DNA of 64,000 nt from a virus. Under the pieces are notes generated by a model, which was not told where the DNA came from, did no database searches, and worked only from the letters and a program-made list of their open reading frames with translations. The position numbers and the translations under genes were made by a program. Positions 51,480-58,164 of this stretch are shown here, piece by piece. Numbering within the stretch: position 1 is the stretch's first letter; each line of letters opens with the position of its first letter. The stretch is from IMG/VR virus record IMGVR_UViG_3300038393_002515. One strand, 5' to 3'.

Positions 51480-51812
51480 ATGACGGATATCAAGCGTGTT
51501 CGTACGTCCAGTGGGGATGTAGTCGACGTCAAGGAACGCATCCGCGAGGGCGTGCCTGAAGGCGATGTTGGTGACGCGGTGGCCGAGGTGGCCGAGCTGC
51601 GTGGCAGGAGTGGCGACGTACAGCTGCACACCAAGCTCGTCCCGGATGCCAACCAGGCCCTCGTCGAGGCGATCGTCCGAAGCGGTCTCGGCAAGTCGGA
51701 AGCGGTCAACCGACTCATCATGATCGGTGGCTTCTTCGACAAGATGAAGAGGCAGGGCTACGACCTGCTGCTCAGCAAGGACGGCGCGACCGAGAAGGTC
51801 CACATCGTCTGA
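51480..51812 (+). CDS. small protein with a ribbon-helix-helix-like segment (110 aa)
   Basis: VQLHTKLVPDANQALVEAIVRSGLGKSEAVNRLI fits a beta-alpha-alpha RHH pattern. The upstream region is locally AT-richer (GGATAAAAATTGGGTACGATCTGGATTC). Confidence 0.45.
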   Translation: MTDIKRVRTSSGDVVDVKERIREGVPEGDVGDAVAEVAELRGRSGDVQLHTKLVPDANQALVEAIVRSGLGKSEAVNRLIMIGGFFDKMKRQGYDLLLSKDGATEKVHIV

Positions 51813-51834
51813 TCATCTGAGCCCTGCACTGTCC

Positions 51835-51876
51835 GCGCCTCCTCCGCCGCCCTCAAGGGGTGAGCAGAGGAGGCGC
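51835..51876 (+). promoter_or_regulatory. Late motif copy: perfect 10-bp hairpin GCGCCTCCTC/GAGGAGGCGC enclosing CAAGGGGTGA (51854-51863)
   Basis: The 3' arm is the SD GAGGAGG of GTG 51878. Confidence 0.65.
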
Positions 51877-51877
51877 C

Positions 51878-52549
51878 GTGCTTGTTTCGTTGGCCGCGTG
51901 GTGGACGACAGATCCCGATGAGTACCGCGAGTACGAGAACATGCACGACCCGGACTACCGGCTGCGCGACCCCAAGGAGACGCCGGTAGCCCGGCGCAAC
52001 CGGTTCATCAAGCACGTCTCCGACGCCCATGGCGTGGATGAGAAGGCGGCCACCAACGCCCTCAAGCACGTCGTCACGCGCGGCCTCGGCGGCTTCGACG
52101 ACCCGGAGAGCTACGGCTTCGCCAGCTCGGCGAACCAGATGACGCACTACTCCCACAGCACTCGCCAGAAGCTGATGGACCCGAAGACCTGGGCGGGCAA
52201 GAAGGAGGAGAGCATCCCCCTTCACCAGGAGATTCACGCCAGCCAGAACTTCATCCGGCCGGACTCCGTGGCGCACAACCTCTTCCACCCTGGCAAGCGC
52301 CAGGCATATGACCACGAGGCCGTTGGCGACCCGGACTACGACCCGAGCTGGGACGAGGACTCACACCGCGAAGAGGACGAAGGGTCGGAGTCCACGCCCG
52401 AGGAGCGCGCTCTGCATGGCACCGCGCGGTTCATGCGGCGCAACAGCGGTCGCCTGGAGGTCGTGGACGGGCATCACCGGGTCGCTGCCGACATGCTGCT
52501 CGGCAAGCCCCACACCAAGGGTGTGATCATCCACGAGCGGGACCTGTAA
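51878..52549 (+). CDS. ParB/Srx-fold (ParB-like nuclease domain) protein (223 aa)
   Basis: The C-terminal LEVVDGHHRVAADMLLG is the characteristic DGxHR motif of ParB N-terminal/Srx domains. The start is uncertain. Confidence 0.55.
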   Translation: MLVSLAAWWTTDPDEYREYENMHDPDYRLRDPKETPVARRNRFIKHVSDAHGVDEKAATNALKHVVTRGLGGFDDPESYGFASSANQMTHYSHSTRQKLMDPKTWAGKKEESIPLHQEIHASQNFIRPDSVAHNLFHPGKRQAYDHEAVGDPDYDPSWDEDSHREEDEGSESTPEERALHGTARFMRRNSGRLEVVDGHHRVAADMLLGKPHTKGVIIHERDL

Positions 52550-53274
52550 TGCTGGTCGAGGTCCCGGAGGTCCACCTGGTCACCCATCCCGACCGCATGA
52601 TCATGGTCGAGAAGGGGCTGTCGCCGAAGCGCGCCCGTGCCGCCGCGCTGGAGGCCGTACGACAGGCCCGGCGCCGGATGCCGAAGCTCACCGGCGCCGC
52701 CGCGCGCGGGCTGCAGCCGCTGTACGGCAAGGGGTACTTCGGGCTCTCCTGGGCCACCGAGGTCGTCTGGTACCAGGACCACGGCACCAAGCCGTTCACC
52801 ATGCGCTCGCTGGCCGGGCGGGTCATCCCGATGTGGATCGACGACCCGACCGGCCAGGAGCGGCGCGACAACCCCAAGGCCAAGACGCGCACCACGGAGT
52901 CCGGGAAGGTGCAGGTGCTGATCTTCCGGCGCGCGGCCCGCATCGGGGAGCGGAAGAAGGTCTACCGCAAGGACCCGAAGACGGGTCTGAAGGTGCTGGT
53001 CTCCGACACCCCGGCCCACTACCCGGGCGCGCCGGGCCGCATCGGCTGGCGTGAGGCCAAGCAGCCCTGGACCAGGCCGGGAAAGCGGCCGGGCGCCATC
53101 CACCCGGGCAACATCGGCGTCTGGTGGCGCCACCCGGGCCTGAAGCCCCGGAGTTTTTTGAACACGTCCATGACCCTCGCGGCGCAGAAGAACGGCCTGG
53201 TGGCCGAGCGGGTCTACGTCGCCGACCGGTCCTGGAGAAACAGCGTCCGCCTGCACGGCGAGGAGTTCCGGTAG
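52549..53274 (+). CDS. virion protein (241 aa), HK97 gp10-like tail-completion candidate
   Basis: GLSWATEVVWYQDHGTKPFTM resembles the gp10-family motif (y..y.E.GT...P). Weak call. Confidence 0.35.
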   Translation: MLVEVPEVHLVTHPDRMIMVEKGLSPKRARAAALEAVRQARRRMPKLTGAAARGLQPLYGKGYFGLSWATEVVWYQDHGTKPFTMRSLAGRVIPMWIDDPTGQERRDNPKAKTRTTESGKVQVLIFRRAARIGERKKVYRKDPKTGLKVLVSDTPAHYPGAPGRIGWREAKQPWTRPGKRPGAIHPGNIGVWWRHPGLKPRSFLNTSMTLAAQKNGLVAERVYVADRSWRNSVRLHGEEFR

Positions 53275-53285
53275 GGAGCTGTCCG

Positions 53286-53323
53286 GCCCGCCTCTCGCAC
53301 CCCAAGGGGTGACGGAGGAGGGC
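53286..53323 (+). promoter_or_regulatory. Late motif copy: 9-bp hairpin (8/9) GCCCGCCTC/GAGGAGGGC enclosing CCAAGGGGTGA (53302-53312)
   Basis: The 3' arm overlaps the SD GGAGGAGGG of ATG 53328. Confidence 0.55.
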
Positions 53324-53327
53324 TGCC

Positions 53328-54083
53328 ATGACCTTGGTGTGGTCGCAGATCATTCGGCTGAGCCAGTGGGGCGACGACTGGGCGCCGAAGGACAGCGACG
53401 AGGACGTCCACCCGGGCGAGATCGAGAGTCACCGGGGCAGCTGGGAGCTGAACCAGCATCATGTCAACCGGCTGGCCGACTCCATCCGGCAGCACGGCTA
53501 CAGCCCGGAGCGGCACGGCGTGCTGGGGTGGAACTTCCACCAGGGCGGCGAGAACGTCTACAACCACGCCTCGGGCACCGAGACCGACCCCAACGACCAC
53601 CTGCACCACGAGCATCTGCTGCAGGCGCTCAAGGACGTCGGGCACGGCCCGGTACGGGTGCACATCCACGATCAAGACTCGGACGAGCGCGGCAACTCGC
53701 CTCGGTACTACCACGGCACCACGGTCGAGGATCTCAAAGAGGTCAAGCCCAACCACAGCACGCGGGGCTCCTTCGGGAACAACGGAGCGATCCACGAGCC
53801 GGGCTACGCCTACGCCACCAGCCGCGAGAACGCTGAGAGCTACGCCGAGAGCAAGGCCGAAATCCATGGCGGTCGCCCTCTCGTCTACCGCGTCTCGCCG
53901 CTGGGTCCGGTCGAGAAGGACCCTTCGCACGACGCGCAGGGGCGCAGCAGGGCTAACTACGAATCGGACGTCCGGTCCAAGCACGGCTTCCAGGTCCTGG
54001 ACCACGTCTGGTCCGGCGAGCACCCGGACGGCGACGAGGCATGGCACGACGATGAGGATGATTACGACGGCGGGTGGCACTGA
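53328..54083 (+). CDS. two-domain protein (251 aa): N-terminal ParB-like segment plus C-terminal Arr-like (rifampin ADP-ribosyltransferase family) domain
   Basis: PRYYHGTTVEDL...PGYAYATSRENAESYAE...GGRPLVYRVSPLGPVEKDPS aligns by eye to the Arr pattern FYHGT...IYF(S/T)...A.WGAELA...GRGYIYIVEPTGPFEDDPN, covering the H, Y and D catalytic positions. Confidence 0.6.
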   Translation: MTLVWSQIIRLSQWGDDWAPKDSDEDVHPGEIESHRGSWELNQHHVNRLADSIRQHGYSPERHGVLGWNFHQGGENVYNHASGTETDPNDHLHHEHLLQALKDVGHGPVRVHIHDQDSDERGNSPRYYHGTTVEDLKEVKPNHSTRGSFGNNGAIHEPGYAYATSRENAESYAESKAEIHGGRPLVYRVSPLGPVEKDPSHDAQGRSRANYESDVRSKHGFQVLDHVWSGEHPDGDEAWHDDEDDYDGGWH

Positions 54084-54718
54084 TGTACATCACCCGGGTC
54101 AAGGCCCTCGCCATCGAGGCGCTGCAGGCGGTCTTCGACAGCCAGTATCCCGTGACGGAGTTCCGGGGTCTGCACTGCTCGCTGGAGTACCCGGTCGAGA
54201 AGTCGTCGTTCCCCGAGGTCTGGGTGCGCTACAACGACACCGGCCCGCTGCGGCGGGCGGGCGTCTCACACGTCGAGGACACCGATCCGGGTGACGGTGG
54301 CCGGGTGCCGCCGTACACGCGTTTCCGGTTCGAGGGCTCCTGGGAGTTCGTTGTCGTCGCGCTGTCGAGCGTGGAGCGGGACCGGGTCTACGACGAGCTG
54401 GTCGCGACGATCGCCTTCTCCGGCTTCGATCCGTTGCGCAGCCGGTTCCGGTCGTACCTGGAGAACAACGACCTGATCGACCTGACAATCCGGACGGACG
54501 AGATCGAGTCGACCGGCGAGTCGGCTGAGCCGGGCACGCCGTGGGGGACGGACGAGGTCGTCTACGAGCGGACGTTGGCCATCGACCTGATCGGGGACTT
54601 CACGCCGGACCCGATGCAGGCCGGAGTGATCGTGCCTCTGTCGAAGATCGTGGTCACGCCGACCGCCGACCCCACCCTCGACGACCTCAGCGACAGCGGC
54701 TTCGACTCCTGGCACTGA
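54083..54718 (+). CDS. virion or tail-proximal protein (211 aa)
   Basis: ATGA overlap at 54083. Lies just upstream of the sheath gene. Function inferred from position only. Confidence 0.55.
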   Translation: MYITRVKALAIEALQAVFDSQYPVTEFRGLHCSLEYPVEKSSFPEVWVRYNDTGPLRRAGVSHVEDTDPGDGGRVPPYTRFRFEGSWEFVVVALSSVERDRVYDELVATIAFSGFDPLRSRFRSYLENNDLIDLTIRTDEIESTGESAEPGTPWGTDEVVYERTLAIDLIGDFTPDPMQAGVIVPLSKIVVTPTADPTLDDLSDSGFDSWH

Positions 54719-54720
54719 GA

Positions 54721-54966
54721 TCAGGACCCTAGCGATCCGCCTTCGTTCTCCCAGACCTCCACCATCGTCCTCCAGGAGGCTTCCTTGCGCCTTCGCTTCG
54801 AGCGGTTCAGAGTGTGCCACCAGCCACATACGCACTGGTAGGGCTTGTGGACGTCGCCGTCCCTCTCGTGTAGCTCCTGGCACTTCAGGAGAGCCAAGTC
54901 CTTGCTGAACTTCCGCTTCTTCGTCGGGCATGGAACGTACCGCCTGCGCCCACCTCTCCTCGCCAT
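54721..54966 (-). CDS. small basic protein (81 aa) with a CxCGWWH motif and a WENEGG tail, on the opposite strand inside the tail module
   Basis: Reads MARRGGRRRYVPCPTKKRKF...KPYQCVCGWWHTLNRSKRRRKE...WENEGGSLGS. Codon third positions are mostly G/C. Flanked by a 19-nt direct repeat. Confidence 0.55.
   Translation of the reverse strand: MARRGGRRRYVPCPTKKRKFSKDLALLKCQELHERDGDVHKPYQCVCGWWHTLNRSKRRRKEASWRTMVEVWENEGGSLGS
54722..54740. repeat. Direct repeat copy 1: CAGGACCCTAGCGATCCGC
   Basis: 18/19 identical to 54969-54987. Overlaps the stop codon and last codons of the minus-strand ORF. Confidence 0.75.
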
Positions 54967-54968
54967 GC

Positions 54969-54987
54969 CAGGACTCTAGCGATCCGC
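54969..54987. repeat. Direct repeat copy 2: CAGGACTCTAGCGATCCGC
   Basis: Lies immediately upstream (minus sense) of the start at 54966. On the minus strand it reads GCGGATCGCTAGAGTCCTG, with TAGAGT ending 6 nt before the ATG. This is a leaderless-type promoter geometry. Confidence 0.75.
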
Positions 54988-55006
54988 TCCTGTCCACCGC
55001 CGCCCC

Positions 55007-55031
55007 GTCAGCCCAAGGGGTGACAGCTGAC
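55007..55031 (+). promoter_or_regulatory. Late motif copy: 6-bp hairpin GTCAGC/GCTGAC enclosing CCAAGGGGTGA (55013-55023)
   Basis: Read directly, 28 nt upstream of ATG 55052. Confidence 0.55.
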
Positions 55032-55051
55032 CGACGCGACTGGTGGGTGGC

Positions 55052-56578
55052 ATGCCCGACATCTCTTCTGCGACGTACACGCCGCCCGGCGTGTACGTCA
55101 GCGACGAATCGACTCCCACGGTCACCCCGCGCGGTGTGTCGACCACGACCGTCACGGTGATCGGCCCGGCCCTGGGCTACCAGACGACCAGCGAGGTCGT
55201 CACCGTCAACTCCGCCTCGGCGACCGCGCTGTCGCAGCGCGGCGTGTACACCACGGCCGTCGTGGGCCCGCCTGCCATCGCGGCGCCCGTGGTCACGACC
55301 CTGTCGGGCACGGCCATGGTCTACAACACCGACTACACCTTCGTGGTGACCGCCGGTTCCGGCGGTGCGGCGACGGCGGTCACCTCGATCAAGCGGCTGT
55401 CGGCCAGCCAGAGTGACCTGACCCAGCCGTCGCCGAACGGTCTGAAGGACGGCGACCAGGTCCGGGTGACGTACGCGTTCACCAACGCGACGTACTACGA
55501 GCCGACCGAGTTCGAGGACTACGACCAGATCGTGGCCACGTACGGGCAGGCGATGGTGACGACCGCGCCGACGAGCCCGACCGCGTCGCAGGTCGCCTCG
55601 GCGCTGACGCTGGCGGCGAAGATCGCCCTGGAGAACGGCGCGGCCAGCGTCCTGTGCGTCGCCACCAACCCGTCGGCCGGGGACTACAGGGCGCAGCTGC
55701 AGGCGGCGTACAGCAAGCTGGAGGCGGACTACCGGGCGCAGATCCTGGTGCCGCTGTTCGTGGACGGTGCGTACAACGCGCACACGCCGACGAACGTGGC
55801 GAACCTGCTGGCCGACGTCAAGAATCACTGCGAGACGGCGGCGGCCGACGGCTACGGGCGCCTGGCGTTCACCGGCCTGGCCACGAACTACGACAACACG
55901 GTCGGTCACGACCAGCTGGCGCTGGCGCAGGCCAGCAAGCGGCTGGTGCTGTGTTACCCGAACCGGCTGTTGGCCTTCAACTCGGCTGTGAACGCCTCTA
56001 CGGAGGTCGACGGCTTCTACCTGGCCGCCGCGATGGCCGGGCGTCTGGCGCGGAACGCGGTCGCGCGTGGGCTGACGAACCAGTCGCTGACGTCGTTCAC
56101 CGGTCTGCCCGCGACGATCGCGCAGGCCATGACCCGGACCTTCCGTAACAACCTGTCGAAGTCCGGTGTGAACGTCGCGGAGATCAACCAGAACGGCCAG
56201 CTGGTCGCCCGGCACGGCGTCTCGACGAACATGTCGTCGATCCTGACGCAGGAGATCTCGCTGACCCGGATCGGCGACGTCCTGCTGCAGATGATCCAGG
56301 TCGGCATGTCCAACGCCGGGCTGATCGGTGAGCCGATCACGGCCGAGACAACGATCAACGTGAAGTCGGCGCTGATCGGCCTGCTGGAGCAGGCGGTCTC
56401 CGACTCGATCATCGTCTCCTACGCGAACGCGCAGGTGCGGCAGCAGTCGGCGGACCCCTCGGTGATCGAGGGGACCTTCAGCTACAAGCCCCCGATCCCG
56501 ATGAACTACGTCGTCGTGAAGTTCGCCGTCGACCTGACAACCGGCGACACGACCACGGAGACGGACCAGAACGCCTGA
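55052..56578 (+). CDS. contractile tail sheath protein (508 aa)
   Basis: The N-terminus ATYTPPGVYVSDES is the typical sheath PGVY motif. Size fits and it is followed by tube and chaperone genes. GTG 55043 is an alternative start. Confidence 0.8.
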   Translation: MPDISSATYTPPGVYVSDESTPTVTPRGVSTTTVTVIGPALGYQTTSEVVTVNSASATALSQRGVYTTAVVGPPAIAAPVVTTLSGTAMVYNTDYTFVVTAGSGGAATAVTSIKRLSASQSDLTQPSPNGLKDGDQVRVTYAFTNATYYEPTEFEDYDQIVATYGQAMVTTAPTSPTASQVASALTLAAKIALENGAASVLCVATNPSAGDYRAQLQAAYSKLEADYRAQILVPLFVDGAYNAHTPTNVANLLADVKNHCETAAADGYGRLAFTGLATNYDNTVGHDQLALAQASKRLVLCYPNRLLAFNSAVNASTEVDGFYLAAAMAGRLARNAVARGLTNQSLTSFTGLPATIAQAMTRTFRNNLSKSGVNVAEINQNGQLVARHGVSTNMSSILTQEISLTRIGDVLLQMIQVGMSNAGLIGEPITAETTINVKSALIGLLEQAVSDSIIVSYANAQVRQQSADPSVIEGTFSYKPPIPMNYVVVKFAVDLTTGDTTTETDQNA

Positions 56579-56622
56579 GCCCGCGCGACAGGCGCTGTGA
56601 CGGGCCGCCTGCCGCGCTCTTG

Positions 56623-56656
56623 GAGGACCCCCGGTGTGAGGGCGCCGGGGGTCCTC
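56623..56656 (+). terminator. Perfect 12-bp hairpin GAGGACCCCCGG / CCGGGGGTCCTC
   Basis: 45 nt after the sheath stop, with a 10-nt loop. Followed by TGCTGT. Confidence 0.65.
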
Positions 56657-56680
56657 TGCTGTCCGTGGTCGCCCTCCCCG

Positions 56681-56702
56681 CCGTAGGGGGTGAGACCTAC
56701 GG
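56681..56702 (+). promoter_or_regulatory. Late motif copy: 7-bp hairpin CCGTAGG/CCTACGG overlapping GTAGGGGGTGA (56683-56693)
   Basis: 24 nt upstream of ATG 56718. Confidence 0.5.
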
Positions 56703-56717
56703 ATGGGGTGGTGAGCA

Positions 56718-57221
56718 ATGCCTGCAGGCAAGGTCCGCGTCACCGGCTCCGGCTACAGCACGTTCGTGTACGCCGGTAAGCCGATCGCGTTCCTCAACTC
56801 GGTGGAGGACTCCGGCCAGCGGGCGTGGAGCGACAAGGGGCAGGCGTACAGCTTCATCCAGCCCCTCGGCTCGCGCACGCCGGTGGAGATCGCGACCTCC
56901 CGCGTTCTGGGCGGCGGCACGCTGCAGCTGACGATCCAGGAGCTGTGGAACCAGGCGATCTGGGAGCAGCTGGCCGGTCTGGCCGGAACGAACAACATCG
57001 TCGAGATCTTCGACCGCCTGGCGCGGACGCCGAACTACGTCACCGCGCAGACGATCATCAAGCCGCCGGGCACCGAGGCAACCCCCTCGAAGTGGCGCGG
57101 CAAGATCTATCACAACGTCACCGTGGTCGACATCGCCGACGGCGACACCTTGACGGTCGGCGGCCTGGACGTCGCCAAGCCCGTGGTCTGCGCCTACACC
57201 CACACATCCCGACTGCGCTGA
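56718..57221 (+). CDS. tail tube protein (167 aa)
   Basis: Position between the sheath and the G/GT chaperones, plus size. Confidence 0.6.
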   Translation: MPAGKVRVTGSGYSTFVYAGKPIAFLNSVEDSGQRAWSDKGQAYSFIQPLGSRTPVEIATSRVLGGGTLQLTIQELWNQAIWEQLAGLAGTNNIVEIFDRLARTPNYVTAQTIIKPPGTEATPSKWRGKIYHNVTVVDIADGDTLTVGGLDVAKPVVCAYTHTSRLR

Positions 57222-57235
57222 CCAGGAGCGACGCG

Positions 57236-57751
57236 ATGACGGACACCTACGGCACCTTCGACCCCGCCGACCGGCCGGGCCGTAAGGCCGCCATGCCGGA
57301 GGCCAAGCCGAGCCTGAAGGCCGAGGACGGCACGGAGCTGCCCGGCTTCGACCCGCGCTACACCGAGGCGTTCGAGGGGCTCGCTTTCCTGGGCTCGCTG
57401 ACCGAGAGCTTCTCCTGGCTCGGGCACGAGTTCGTGATCCGCACCCTCGGCGTGGACGAGCAGCTCGCCGTCGCCCAGGTCACCGCCCGGTACAAAGACG
57501 GCGGCGAGCAACTCGCCTACGTCGCGGCCGTGGTGGCCATGTCGATCGTGACGGTCGACGGCGAGGAGCTGCCTACGCCGATCGGTGAGGACCAGCAGCT
57601 GGCGGAATGGGCGCACCGGCGGTTCGCCTACGTCAAGGCCAACTGGTTCCAGCCGACGATCAACGAGGTGTTCCAGCGCTACCTGAAGCTGGAGGACACG
57701 GTCGCCCAGGTCGTCGAGGCCATGGGAAAAGCGTTCGCCCCGGCCGCATAG
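57236..57751 (+). CDS. tail assembly chaperone (G-like, 171 aa)
   Basis: Lies immediately upstream of the tape measure. Carries a slippery heptamer near its 3' end. Confidence 0.75.
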   Translation: MTDTYGTFDPADRPGRKAAMPEAKPSLKAEDGTELPGFDPRYTEAFEGLAFLGSLTESFSWLGHEFVIRTLGVDEQLAVAQVTARYKDGGEQLAYVAAVVAMSIVTVDGEELPTPIGEDQQLAEWAHRRFAYVKANWFQPTINEVFQRYLKLEDTVAQVVEAMGKAFAPAA

Positions 57752-58164
57752 ATCCGTGGCTGGAGCGCCGTCTGCGGATCGCTGAGCGGCGGGGGCTGCT
57801 GTCGGGGCGGCACCTGTCTCGGGTGCAGGAGTTCGGCCTGGAGCTGCTCATCCTCGCCGACGGCTGGAAGGCGGCCGAGCAGGACGAGAAGGCGTTCGAG
57901 GACCAGCTGAAGTTCGCCCTGGTGGCTGCGGGCGTGGACGCGCCCGATCTGTGGCCGAGGGACGCCGCCGACGTCCCGGACGACGAGGACGTCGACTACG
58001 ACTACTCCGCCGTCGACTGGCAGCAGGGGTCGACGGACGACTGGGAGCGCATGCAGCAGGCTCTCTCGGCCTCGCGGGTGCAGGTGTCCGGGGACCGGCA
58101 GGAGCCGGAGGACGAGCCGCCGGTGCCGGACATGGACGACGGATTCGATCGGGAGTGGCAGTAG
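57236..58164 (+). CDS. tail assembly chaperone frameshift product (GT-like, ~309 aa; join 57236..57730,57730..58164)
   Basis: The downstream ORF is in the -1 frame, lacks its own plausible start and SD, and ends exactly at the tape-measure ATG 58165. Confidence 0.7.
57724..57730 (+). promoter_or_regulatory. -1 programmed ribosomal frameshift site G_GGA_AAA
   Basis: X_XXY_YYZ heptamer in the zero frame of 57236-57751 (codons GGA 57725, AAA 57728). The -1 frame continues GKSVRPGRIDPWLERR... to TAG 58164. Confidence 0.75.

Noticed and set aside
54266-56743. An 825-aa minus-strand ORF opposite the tail sheath gene.
   Set aside because: It is an Arg/Gly/Asp/Val-rich shadow ORF. The sheath gene on the + strand has the canonical N-terminal PGVYV motif.
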